Under the pieces are notes generated by a model. It had not been told where the DNA came from. It worked only from the letters and a program-made list of their open reading frames with translations, and made no database searches. DNA of 64,000 nucleotides, taken from the NCBI GenBank assembly GCA_040403295.1, contig JBBAKY010000002.1, positions 474 to 64,473 on the forward strand, written 5' to 3'. The position numbers were made by a program, and so were the translations under genes. Below are positions 1-9,335 of this stretch, one piece after another. Source of the DNA: Arcicella sp. Lineage in GTDB: Bacteria; Bacteroidota; Bacteroidia; Cytophagales; Spirosomataceae. The number at the start of each line of letters is the position of its first letter. Within the stretch, counting starts at the first letter, position 1.

Positions 1-1599
1 ACCGATTTACAGAAAGGTGAAACCGTAACTTTAGACGGTCAATCTTATACCCTAACGGAAGATATTGCGGCCAAACACAAATTTGCAATGTACGATTTTG
101 AGGTTGGCTCAGAAATAAAAATGTACGATGTGTTGGTTGGAAAAGCTAATCAGCCCATTTTGAGAGGCGGAAGTATCAATATTTTCAACGTAAAACACGC
201 TGTCAATTCTTTTGAATTACGTGAAAATCACGCTGAATGGCAAGCACCTGATTTATCAAAATTTGAAGGACGTACTTTCAACGGTTTTCATCGTCCCGAT
301 GGTTCAGTTGGAACGGCAAATTATTGGTTGGTGATTCCTCTGGTTTTTTGCGAAAATCGTAATATTGAAGTCCTCCGTGAAGCCCTCGTGGATGATTTGG
401 GTTACGCTCGTAAGCATAATTACCAAAACCAAACCAACGATTTAATTTCTTTGTACAGAGCGGGCAAAACGGTGGAGGAAATCTTATCGGCAGATTTGCA
501 AAACACTTCAGATGGCACGCAAAAGCATCAACTTTTCCCCAATGTTGACGGCGTAAAATTCCTGCTTCACGATGGTGGTTGCGGTGGTACACGTCAGGAT
601 TCAACGGCACTTTGTGGCATGTTGGCGGGTTATATCACGCACTCAAATTGTGCGGGAGCAACGGTTTTGAGTTTGGGTTGTCAGAATGCCCAAGTGGGTG
701 AATTGAAGGCTGAAATTGCCAAAAGAGATGCCAATTTTCAAAAGCCATTATATATTTTAGAGCAACAAAACATTGGTACTGAGGCTGAAATGATGGCTCA
801 GGCATTGAAACAGACCTTCGCAGGTTTGATGCAAGCCAATCAAAATACTCGTCAGCCAGCACCTTTGAGCAAATTAACCATTGGCTTAGAATGTGGCGGT
901 TCAGATGGTTTTTCTGGTATTTCTGCCAACCCTGCGATTGGTTACACGTCCGATTTGTTGGTAGGTTTGGGCGGAACGGTTATCCTTGCCGAATTTCCCG
1001 AATTATGCGGGGTTGAACAAGAATTAACCGACCGTTGCGTAAGTCGTGACGATGCTGCTTTATTTAGTTATTTAGTAAAAACGTACAACGAAAGAGCCAA
1101 AGCCGTAGGTTCGGGTTTTGATATGAATCCTTCTCCTGGAAACATCAAAGACGGATTAATTACGGATGCGATTAAGTCGGCGGGTGCAGCTAAAAAAGGC
1201 GGAACTTCGCCCGTAACTTCAGTATTGGATTATCCAGCCAAAGTGACCAAACCAGGACTTTGCCTTTTGTGTACGCCAGGAAATGACGTAGAATCAACCA
1301 CGGCCGAAGTAGCTTCTGGGGCAAATTTAGTATTGTTCACAACGGGTTTAGGCACCCCAACGGGCAACCCAATTACGCCCGTGGTGAAGATTGCAACGAA
1401 TACTAAGTTGTTCAATAAAATGTCGGATATTATTGACCTAAATACGGGAACAATCATTGAAGGCGATGAAAGTATTGAGCAAGCGGGCGAACGTATTTTG
1501 GAATACGCCATCAAAGTAGCCAGTGGTGAAATTGAAATTTGTGCCGTGAAAAATGGACAAGATGACTTTATTCCTTGGAAAAGAGGGGTAAGTTTATAA
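1..1599 (+). CDS. uxaA: Altronate dehydratase (UxaA family), 5' end lies outside the window
   Basis: Frame 1 is open from base 1 (TDLQKGETVTLDG...HKFA, SAF-like N-terminus). Motifs GFHRPDGSVGTANYW, HDGGCGG, GLECGGSDGFSGISANPAIG, NPSPGNIKDGLIT and C-terminal DDFIPWKRGVSL. Confidence 0.95.
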   Translation, partial: TDLQKGETVTLDGQSYTLTEDIAAKHKFAMYDFEVGSEIKMYDVLVGKANQPILRGGSINIFNVKHAVNSFELRENHAEWQAPDLSKFEGRTFNGFHRPDGSVGTANYWLVIPLVFCENRNIEVLREALVDDLGYARKHNYQNQTNDLISLYRAGKTVEEILSADLQNTSDGTQKHQLFPNVDGVKFLLHDGGCGGTRQDSTALCGMLAGYITHSNCAGATVLSLGCQNAQVGELKAEIAKRDANFQKPLYILEQQNIGTEAEMMAQALKQTFAGLMQANQNTRQPAPLSKLTIGLECGGSDGFSGISANPAIGYTSDLLVGLGGTVILAEFPELCGVEQELTDRCVSRDDAALFSYLVKTYNERAKAVGSGFDMNPSPGNIKDGLITDAIKSAGAAKKGGTSPVTSVLDYPAKVTKPGLCLLCTPGNDVESTTAEVASGANLVLFTTGLGTPTGNPITPVVKIATNTKLFNKMSDIIDLNTGTIIEGDESIEQAGERILEYAIKVASGEIEICAVKNGQDDFIPWKRGVSL

Positions 1600-1756
1600 G
1601 ATATTGTGAGATTTATCCATATGAATTATAGACCTAAAAATGTGGGAAGATATTTCGGAAAAAGTAAATTTCCCAAAAGGTTTGCGACATGGTACCGTTT
1701 TTAAAGTATCCGAAACCGTTTTTGAGGCGTTGAAATAACCAATCTTTCGATGGATG

Positions 1757-1791
1757 AAAACCCTATCAGATTTATTTCTGATAGGGTTTTT
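1757..1791. terminator. Intrinsic terminator after uxaA
   Basis: AAAACCCTATCAGA-tttatt-TCTGATAGGGTTTT hairpin followed by T run. Confidence 0.7.
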
Positions 1792-1858
1792 ATTTGCTAT
1801 TATTGGCATATTTTTTGACAAAGTTCCTGTGACTCCTTACGTCAAAACAATATAACCC

Positions 1859-3079
1859 ATGAAAAAACTTATAATCATTTGCCTTTCTATGGTTTCGCTT
1901 GCGCTTTTGGGCGCTGGCCCAACCACGCCTCGTAGAAATAATGCTCCTAAACGAATCAAGGCGGATTCTTCAATTACGCAAATTATTGAGAGTTTTACCC
2001 AAAGATTTGCTCCCGATAAACGTACAGCCATTTTTCAAATTGATGCTTTCAAACAAAATAATCAACTGATTCTGACGGGTCGAACGAATCTATTTGGCGC
2101 AAAAAGTTTCCTCCTCGACCGTCTTAAAATTGAGAAAATTCCTTTTATTGATGCCATCAAAACCCTTCCAGAACCCGAATTAGAGGATAAAGTTTACGGT
2201 TTGGTGGAAGTATCGGTTTGTAATATTCGTTATACACCCAAGCACGGGGGCGAGTTGGCTTCACAGGCATTAATGGGTACGCCCGTGAGGATTTTGGAAA
2301 AAGAAGACAATGGTTGGTTATTAATTCAAACGCCCGACCAATACATTGCATGGGTGGACAGAGGAGCCATTTCGATGATGAATAAGGAGGGTATTGACCG
2401 CTGGAAAGCAATTCCAAAAATCATTTATACCCGTGCCTACGGTTCGGCTTATACTGAACCAGAGCAAGAATCCACTACAGTTTCGGATTTAGTGGCGGGT
2501 TGTATGATGGAATTAATTGCCGAGAAAGGCGATTTTTATCAAGTGCTTTTTGCCGATAATCGTCAAGGTTTTGTGCTTAAAAACGAAGCAAGAATTTATA
2601 ATGAATGGCTCACGGGTTTGAGTGCTTCGGAGGAAAATCTAATCAAAACATCCAAACGATTAATGGGTGTTCCTTATTTATGGGGCGGTACTTCTTTCAA
2701 AGGCGTTGATTGCAGTGGATTTACCAAAACAGTTTATTTTTTAAATGGAATTATTCTGCCGAGGGATGCTTCGCAACAAGTAATGATTGGTGAAACGATT
2801 GATAAATCTGGTAATTGGGAAGATTTGAAAGCGGGGGATTTGTTATTTTTTGGGGAGAAAAGAGACAATGGTTCAGAGAGAGTGGTTCACGTAGCTATGT
2901 GGATGGGCAATGGTGAATTTATTCATGCTTCCAATAAAGTTAGGATAAGTAGTATGATTTCAACGGCCTCAAATTATGATGAATATAATGCGAATAGATA
3001 CCTTCGGGCAAAAAGGATTTTGAAAACTGGAATGGCTGGCGTGGGAATTTTGAAGGAAAATATTGTATATGGGAATTAG
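1859..3079 (+). CDS. NlpC/P60 (C40) peptidase with SH3 domains, YkfC/dipeptidyl-peptidase VI-like
   Basis: Signal peptide; SH3b-like ELASQALMGTPVRILE; catalytic GVPYLWGG..GVDCSGF, LPRDASQQ, GDLLFF, HVAMW..FIHAS. Confidence 0.92.
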   Translation: MKKLIIICLSMVSLALLGAGPTTPRRNNAPKRIKADSSITQIIESFTQRFAPDKRTAIFQIDAFKQNNQLILTGRTNLFGAKSFLLDRLKIEKIPFIDAIKTLPEPELEDKVYGLVEVSVCNIRYTPKHGGELASQALMGTPVRILEKEDNGWLLIQTPDQYIAWVDRGAISMMNKEGIDRWKAIPKIIYTRAYGSAYTEPEQESTTVSDLVAGCMMELIAEKGDFYQVLFADNRQGFVLKNEARIYNEWLTGLSASEENLIKTSKRLMGVPYLWGGTSFKGVDCSGFTKTVYFLNGIILPRDASQQVMIGETIDKSGNWEDLKAGDLLFFGEKRDNGSERVVHVAMWMGNGEFIHASNKVRISSMISTASNYDEYNANRYLRAKRILKTGMAGVGILKENIVYGN

Positions 3080-3095
3080 ATAATAGTGATTAGTC

Positions 3096-3128
3096 ATTAG
3101 CCTGAAAATCAATCATTTTCAGGCTAAT
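3096..3128. terminator. Bidirectional terminator between convergent genes
   Basis: Perfect 14-bp stem ATTAGCCTGAAAAT-caatc-ATTTTCAGGCTAAT. Confidence 0.65.
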
Positions 3129-3143
3129 AACCAAAAGCTAAAA

Positions 3144-3548
3144 TTACGCCCCAAAAATCCCTTTCACTTTACCCCAAAGTCCAGAAGCAACTTCTTTAGC
3201 TTCTTCCAATTTCTCAGCAGCAACTTCTTGAATATCTTCTAATTTTTCAGCAGCTTCAGCTTTCAATTCGTCTGCTTTTGCAGCCATATCTCCACCCGTA
3301 AATTCAGCGATTTTACCAGTAATTGCTTCTTTTGCATCCTCAAATTTTTCGGTGGCAGCAGTAGCCAGTTCGTCTAATTTTTCAGAAGCAGCAGTAGCCA
3401 ATTCGTCAGCTTTAGCAGAAACATCCATTCCTGTTATTTCTTTAATTTTATCAGAAGCAGCATCAGCTAAACCTTCTAATTTATCAGTTGCAGCATTTTT
3501 CAAATTGTCCAATTGACTTTCTGGTTGTTGTTCTTGTGGGTTTTCCAT
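3144..3548 (-). CDS. Small Ala/Lys/Glu-rich amphipathic repeat protein (LEA/YtxH-like)
   Basis: 11-aa periodic repeats (AATDKLEGLAD, AASEKLDELAT, AATEKFEDAKE) and C-terminal GLWGKVKGIFG. Confidence 0.75.
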   Translation of the reverse strand: MENPQEQQPESQLDNLKNAATDKLEGLADAASDKIKEITGMDVSAKADELATAASEKLDELATAATEKFEDAKEAITGKIAEFTGGDMAAKADELKAEAAEKLEDIQEVAAEKLEEAKEVASGLWGKVKGIFGA

Positions 3549-3633
3549 GATTCTAATTGTGGGATTTTGGTTTAATGAATGATGATTTAGTATCTCTGCA
3601 AATATCCAATTTTTTGGGCGAATTGCCTAATAA

Positions 3634-4452
3634 TCAGCCTATTTGAGTATTATCTTTTTTCTTAAAAGCAATAATTAAGACGATTACCCCAAACAATACG
3701 GCAGGAATACTCAACAATTGTCCCATGTTATATTGCATACTATCTTCAAAATTTACTTGGTTTTCTTTCAAGAATTCGTAAAAGAATCGTAATGTAAAGA
3801 GTATAATCATAAAAGTACCCGTTAGTAAACCATTACGAGTTTTTTCTTTCTTTATTGACCAAATCCACATGATTAAAATGAACAATAAAATACAAGAAAT
3901 AGACTCGTATAATTGTGAAGGATGACGAGGAACAACAATGGGATGTTCAAAATCATTGAAAAAACGAAATGCCCAAGGCACGTTGGTGGGTTTGCCAATA
4001 ATTTCGGAATTCATTAAATTGCCAAAACGAATAAAAGCCCCACCCAAAGCAACGGCTGGCACAATACGGTCGGTTACGTATAGGTAAGGAACATTTCTTT
4101 TGCGAGCAAAGAGATATATTGCAAAAAACATCAAAGTTGTCCCATGTGAAGCCAAACCCGAAAAAGGAGGGGTTATCATATCAATGAAAAATTTGCCTGG
4201 GTCACTTAATAAAAGTGGAAATTCATAGAAGAAATAATGAGCCATTCTTGCACCAACTACCGTCGAAATCATCGCATAAAGCAAAAGTTCATCGGCTTGT
4301 TCAATGGGGCGGCCTTCCTTCTTGAAAATATAACTAACTACCTGATAACCAGCCAAAAATGCTCCTGCAAACATTAAACCATACCAACGTAAGGGAAAAC
4401 CGAATATCTCAAAAATTACTGGAGAAGAGTGCCAATCAATGTATGCTAACAT
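3634..4452 (-). CDS. lgt: Prolipoprotein diacylglyceryl transferase
   Basis: RWYGL, GLASHG, IRFGNLMNSEIIGKPT, RHPSQLYE, RFFYEFLK, MGQLLSIP motifs. Confidence 0.96.
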   Translation of the reverse strand: MLAYIDWHSSPVIFEIFGFPLRWYGLMFAGAFLAGYQVVSYIFKKEGRPIEQADELLLYAMISTVVGARMAHYFFYEFPLLLSDPGKFFIDMITPPFSGLASHGTTLMFFAIYLFARKRNVPYLYVTDRIVPAVALGGAFIRFGNLMNSEIIGKPTNVPWAFRFFNDFEHPIVVPRHPSQLYESISCILLFILIMWIWSIKKEKTRNGLLTGTFMIILFTLRFFYEFLKENQVNFEDSMQYNMGQLLSIPAVLFGVIVLIIAFKKKDNTQIG

Positions 4453-4590
4453 TAGGAAATTGTGTATTTGTTTGGTGAATAATTTGTCAAAAATAATGCT
4501 TTTGCTGACAATATTTAGTTATTAGTTATTAGTTATTGGTCAATAATGGTCTAAATCATTGAAAATCAGGATTTTATTTATCAAAGCTCA

Positions 4591-4884
4591 TTACTCAAAG
4601 CTAAAAGCTAAATATGCCTCTAATCCTCCTTCAAGATTTCTAAGGTATTTAAATCCTCTTTTTTCAAGGATTTTTTGGGCAATTTTACTTTGTAAACCCG
4701 AATAACAGACAAGAACAATTTCTTGATTTTTGAGATAAGCTATTTTTTCATCGTTCAATAATAACTCATCCAACGGAATTTGGATGCCCCCTAAATCCAA
4801 ATCTTCAATTTCATAAGGCGTTCGGATATCAAGAATGGTTAATTCTGACAAGTGGTCTTTAAATTCTTGGGGACTTATGTGCAT
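4591..4884 (-). CDS. Rhodanese-like domain protein
   Basis: ILDIRTPYE, VLVCYSGLQS active-site loop, NLEGGLEAY. Confidence 0.88.
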   Translation of the reverse strand: MHISPQEFKDHLSELTILDIRTPYEIEDLDLGGIQIPLDELLLNDEKIAYLKNQEIVLVCYSGLQSKIAQKILEKRGFKYLRNLEGGLEAYLAFSFE

Positions 4885-4943
4885 ATTATTTTGAAACGTT
4901 CAAACGATTGAGGATTGCTCCGTGAGGAAAATGTACTATAAAT

Positions 4944-5621
4944 TTATCCGCTAAATCCTCCCCTTCCCGTACTTCTAAAAAAGCCGCTTCGTCCGCTTAC
5001 GGGGCGTGTGGTGATGATTCGTGAACTGCCGATACTTTCGTGAATGCCACTTGATTTTTGAAAAGCAGTTTGATTAGAATAATATCTTCCCATCATCGGG
5101 AAAAAGAAAAATCCACCCGAATGATGCCGTCTGCGGTAAGTAGTATCGGTTGAATTTTTGGTTTTTGGGTTTAAATCTGGACGATAATTCGCATAGTTTG
5201 GACTCATGGTTTTTGCCAATAAATAGCCCATTCCACCAAACAGAAGGGCATTTGGCAAAGCATTATTTTGTCCAATGGTCGTTGGATTATTTTTTATATC
5301 ATTGTCAATCAAAGCTTTCACGGCCTTTGGCGAAAGTGTTTCCTTCTTTCCGTCCAAATAAGTTACAATGGCAACCGAACTATCGGCGGGAACTTCCGTT
5401 TCATCCGTAATTTTAAATTGCCCTTTTGAAGTTTCGGAAATATAGGTTTTTACGCCTTTGGTATAAACTTCAACTTCCTCATAATCTTCATCGCCCGAAG
5501 ATTTACTTTTGCCACAACTTTGCAGCATCACAGAATTTCCCAAAATTGCCAACGCCAAGCTGCCACTAATGGAAATATCTTTGATTTTACGAATGAATGA
5601 ATGTTTGCGTATAACTGTCAT
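4944..5621 (-). CDS. UPF0323-like lipoprotein with Gly/Ser/Arg-rich C-terminal tail
   Basis: IRKIKD N-terminus, lipobox LQSC, FKITDE motif, LLFGGMGYLL segment and SGRSGFF tail, as I recall from epsilonproteobacterial UPF0323 lipoproteins. Confidence 0.65.
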   Translation of the reverse strand: MTVIRKHSFIRKIKDISISGSLALAILGNSVMLQSCGKSKSSGDEDYEEVEVYTKGVKTYISETSKGQFKITDETEVPADSSVAIVTYLDGKKETLSPKAVKALIDNDIKNNPTTIGQNNALPNALLFGGMGYLLAKTMSPNYANYRPDLNPKTKNSTDTTYRRRHHSGGFFFFPMMGRYYSNQTAFQKSSGIHESIGSSRIITTRPVSGRSGFFRSTGRGGFSG

Positions 5622-5865
5622 TTTATGTTGATTTTAAACACGGCAAATTTTATTTCTCTTTGTGTTTACAAATGTATTTGAAAATTATAATATTCAAGAA
5701 TATTTTGGAAGAATGGTCTGATGAATAAACGAATAAGCAATTTTAAACATGGTGAACTTTATGCATCCATGTGGGTACGGAAAGGCAAATTTTTAAACCG
5801 TCCATACTTTTGCATCAGTAATCATCCATACTTTTTGCCTTTCCTAATTACCAAATAATTCAATT

Positions 5866-8694
5866 ATGACAATCTCAAGATTATTCGTTGCCCTTTTTCT
5901 GTTATTTTCATTCATCGGAAATAGCCAAACCCTCAAATGGAAACCCATTACGCAACAAACAAAACCGTGGTCACGTTGGTGGTGGGAAGGCAATGCCGTG
6001 AATCCTAAAGACCTGACTTTCAACATGGAAAACTACCAAAAAGTGGGTTTGGGCGGTTTGGAAATTACCCCAATTTATGGCGTAAAAGGTGCTGAAGCTC
6101 AATTCGTTGATTTTCTTTCACCTAAATGGGTTTCGTTATTTAAGCACACGCTCAACGAAGGAACTCGCTTAGGCTTGGGCATCGACTTAGCCAATGCTTC
6201 GGGTTGGCCTTTTGGGGGGCGTTGGGTGGAACCGGAAGATGCTTGTCGGTACGTGGCTCACAAAGTTTATCATTTGAAAGAAGGCGAAAAATTAGCCGAA
6301 GCCATCACTTTTCAGCAAAAAGCGATGATTCGGTTTGTATTGCCCAAAAATGTTGAACCGAAAGATTTAAAACAGCCGATTTCTAAAAATGATAACTTGC
6401 AAGAATTAGCCATCGACCAAGTGAAATTTGACAAAATATTACCTTTGGAAACCCTAATGGCTTATTCTGATAAAGGTGAAAAAATAAATTTAACGGATAA
6501 AGTCAATGCAGATGGACAATTGAGTTGGCAAGCTCCCGCAGGAAATTGGTCGCTGTACGCTATTTTCTCTGGTTGGCATGGTAAAATGGTGGAACGTGCA
6601 GGACCGGGCGGCGAAGGCGATGTGATTGACCATTTTTCAGAAAGAGCAACTCAACATTACCTCAAAGCCTTCGATAAAGCCTTTGCCAATACGGACGTAA
6701 GTTCGATGCGAGCATTTTTCAATGATTCTTACGAAGTGGATGATGCTAAAGGACAAGCCGATTGGACGCCAGCGCTTTTTAATGAGTTTCAAAAAAGACG
6801 TGGATACGACCTTCGTAATTATTTACCAAACCTTTTTAGCCAAGAAAAAACGGAGGTAAACAGCCGAGTTTTGTGTGATTACAGAACAACTATTTCTGAT
6901 TTGATTTTAGAAAAATATACTTCTGCGTGGGCAAATTGGGGACATTCTCGTGGTAAAATTGTAAGAAATCAGGCGCATGGTTCACCGGGAAATACTTTGG
7001 ATTTGTACTCGATGGTGGATATTCCAGAAATTGAAGGAACGGATTTATTGCGTATCAAATTTGCGTCCTCAGCATCTAATGTGATGGGCAAAAAATTGAC
7101 TTCTTCCGAATCTGCGACGTGGGATAATGAGCATTTCCTTTCCAATTTGGGCGATGTCAAAAAAGACCTTGATTTGTTCTTTTTAGGTGGTGTGAATCAC
7201 GTTTTTTATCACGGTACAAACTACTCACCACAAAATGAACCATTCCCAGGTTGGTTGTTTTATGCGTCGGTACATTTTACGCCTCACAATCCATTTTGGA
7301 AGCATTTTGGGGCATTAAATCAGTACGTGGCTCGTACGCAAACTTTCTTGCAAGACACCAAACCTGACAATGATATTCTTTTGTATTTTCCAATTTATGA
7401 CCGTTTTGCGGAACAAACGCCCAAAGGTTTATTGCAACATTTTGACGGTGTAACGCCAGAATTTAACAATACAGATTTCAAAATGGTAGCACAACAAATG
7501 CTCGACCGAGGTTATTCTTTCGATTATATTTCGGATAAACAAATTGGGAATTTGAGCATATCTAATTCAAAAATTGCGAGTGGAACGACAGTTTGGAAAA
7601 CGGTGTTATTGTCCGAAAATGAAACGATTCCCTCAGAAACTTTTGCGAAACTTTTACAATTAGCCAAAGACGGAGCAACGATTGTAATTCATAATAAATT
7701 ACCCCAAGATGTTCCAGGATTAGGCAATTTAGCAGAACGTCAAGCGAAGTTTAAAGCACTTTTATCACAGTTAAATTTTACCCAAAATATGGGCGTGAGC
7801 GTTGCCAAAGTAGGAACGGGACTTTTTGTAATGGGTGAAAATTTGGAACAAATCATGGCAACGGCAAAAGTGCAAAGAGAGACGATGATTGATAAAGGTT
7901 TATCATCCATCAGAAAAACTTACGCAAAAGGCAAAACGTATTTTATCAATAATACGACCGCCAACAATTTTGATGGTTGGGTTCAACTTGAAACGCCTTT
8001 TCAATCAGTGGCTTTGTATAATCCGATGACGGAGAAATTGGGTTTAGCCAAATTCAACGCAAAAACCAACGAAGTGTATTTGCAATTATCGGCGGGCGAA
8101 TCCATCATTGTGGAAACCCATAATGATATTTTAAAAGCCGAGAAATACCCTTATTTCAAAGCCTCATCGACCCAAGAATTAGCAGGAAATTGGAAGATAT
8201 CTTTCACCGAAGGCGGAGAAATTTTACCAAAAACGATTGAAACAAAAATACTAAGTTCATGGACAAATTTTGAAGGAGAAGATTACAAAAATTTCTCTGG
8301 CATTGCGACTTATACACATAATTTCAAATTATCAAAAATCTCTAAATCAGGCTATTGGTTGGATTTAGGCAAGGTTTCAGAAAGTGCGAAGGTAAGCGTA
8401 AATGGTATTTCTTTGGGAACTTTAATGGGTCCAACTTACAAAGTTTTTGTACCCGCCACTATCTTAAAATCTCAGAATATTTTGACGGTTGAAGTCGCTA
8501 ATTCGATGGCCAATAGAGTGATAGCTTTAGAGAAAAAAGGCGAAGTTTGGCAGAAGTTTTATAACATCAACGTATCGGCAAGGTTAAAGAAAAATTTAGG
8601 GAAAGACGGTTATTTTACGACCAAAAACTGGACTCCCAAAGAATCGGGGATTTTAGGAAAAATTACTTTAACGGCTTTGGAGGTTTTGGAGTGA
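5866..8694 (+). CDS. Glycoside hydrolase family 106 (alpha-L-rhamnosidase-like)
   Basis: KPWSRWWWEG, GLGGLEITPIYG, SGWPFGG, FNDSYE, RNQAHGSPGN, SSES, GVNHVFYHG; C-terminal WLDLGKV beta-sandwich. Confidence 0.88.
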   Translation: MTISRLFVALFLLFSFIGNSQTLKWKPITQQTKPWSRWWWEGNAVNPKDLTFNMENYQKVGLGGLEITPIYGVKGAEAQFVDFLSPKWVSLFKHTLNEGTRLGLGIDLANASGWPFGGRWVEPEDACRYVAHKVYHLKEGEKLAEAITFQQKAMIRFVLPKNVEPKDLKQPISKNDNLQELAIDQVKFDKILPLETLMAYSDKGEKINLTDKVNADGQLSWQAPAGNWSLYAIFSGWHGKMVERAGPGGEGDVIDHFSERATQHYLKAFDKAFANTDVSSMRAFFNDSYEVDDAKGQADWTPALFNEFQKRRGYDLRNYLPNLFSQEKTEVNSRVLCDYRTTISDLILEKYTSAWANWGHSRGKIVRNQAHGSPGNTLDLYSMVDIPEIEGTDLLRIKFASSASNVMGKKLTSSESATWDNEHFLSNLGDVKKDLDLFFLGGVNHVFYHGTNYSPQNEPFPGWLFYASVHFTPHNPFWKHFGALNQYVARTQTFLQDTKPDNDILLYFPIYDRFAEQTPKGLLQHFDGVTPEFNNTDFKMVAQQMLDRGYSFDYISDKQIGNLSISNSKIASGTTVWKTVLLSENETIPSETFAKLLQLAKDGATIVIHNKLPQDVPGLGNLAERQAKFKALLSQLNFTQNMGVSVAKVGTGLFVMGENLEQIMATAKVQRETMIDKGLSSIRKTYAKGKTYFINNTTANNFDGWVQLETPFQSVALYNPMTEKLGLAKFNAKTNEVYLQLSAGESIIVETHNDILKAEKYPYFKASSTQELAGNWKISFTEGGEILPKTIETKILSSWTNFEGEDYKNFSGIATYTHNFKLSKISKSGYWLDLGKVSESAKVSVNGISLGTLMGPTYKVFVPATILKSQNILTVEVANSMANRVIALEKKGEVWQKFYNINVSARLKKNLGKDGYFTTKNWTPKESGILGKITLTALEVLE

Positions 8695-8767
8695 TTTGTG
8701 TTTTTTATTTTTAGAAATATGTTTAACTTGTTTGATAACATCGAGGGTTGATGATAGTTGTAGTTTG

Positions 8768-8775
8768 TATATTTG
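8768..8775 (+). promoter_or_regulatory. Bacteroidota -7 promoter box
   Basis: TATATTTG matches TAnnTTTG, about 50 nt upstream of the ATG at 8824. Confidence 0.5.
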
Positions 8776-8823
8776 TCGTGTGCCATTTTGCAAGAACTGT
8801 TGAAAATGTCAAAATAAAAATTC

Positions 8824-9131
8824 ATGGAAATTTTAGAAAATGGAAAATATGACGACTTTGCCGCTGATTTCAATTTGAAATGATTAGAATTTTGAATGAA
8901 ACTTTGAAAAAGCATCAAATTTCTGTGGAGACAAGAAAAGAAATTTATGGAGACTCTACGTTTGAATTCTCAATGTTAATTGATCAAGGTGAAATTAATG
9001 ACATGACACCAGTTGTAAATTTTTATAAAGAGGAAGATGAAAAATTATATATGCGTAGTCAGACATTTGCATTCCACGAATATGCCTATGGAAATACGCA
9101 TGAAGTGTTTCAAGAAGAAAATGAATCATAG
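8824..9131 (+). pseudogene. Small acidic hypothetical protein with an apparent 1-nt frameshift near 8868-8870
   Basis: ATG at 8824 gives MEILENGKYDDFAADF then a stop; one extra T in GATTTC gives ...DFQFE-MIRILNETLKK, joining ORF 8880-9131. Confidence 0.55.
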
Positions 9132-9238
9132 ACAACTTCGACTGCGAGACTGAAAATTTAACTCAACCTCGCTAACCCCAATTTGTAATCAAGGTTAATC
9201 AGTTTAGCGACTGTATCGCAATTGTTGAAGTATAATGC

Positions 9239-9283
9239 GAGACCATGCTTGCCCCGATTTTAAATCGGGGCAAGCATGGTCTC
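9239..9283. repeat. Perfect 22-bp-arm palindrome (REP-like)
   Basis: GAGACCATGCTTGCCCCGATTT-t-AAATCGGGGCAAGCATGGTCTC. Confidence 0.9.
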
Positions 9284-9323
9284 AATCAAACAGAGGTTAA
9301 CTTGAAAATCGAAGTAAGCCTAT

Positions 9324-9331
9324 TAATTTTG
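9324..9331 (+). promoter_or_regulatory. -7 promoter box of miaA (near-leaderless)
   Basis: TAATTTTG ends 4 nt before the ATG at 9336. Confidence 0.6.
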
Positions 9332-9335
9332 CACC

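Noticed and set aside
278-1514. Minus-strand ORFs inside uxaA, and the many similar short antisense or alternate-frame ORFs within long genes across the window
   Set aside because: They are shadow ORFs fully overlapping well-supported genes and have no recognisable motifs.
1640-1738. 32-aa ORF MWEDISEKVNFPKGLRHGTVFKVSETVFEALK between uxaA and its terminator
   Set aside because: It could be a gene remnant, but it is too short to assign and has no supporting motif.
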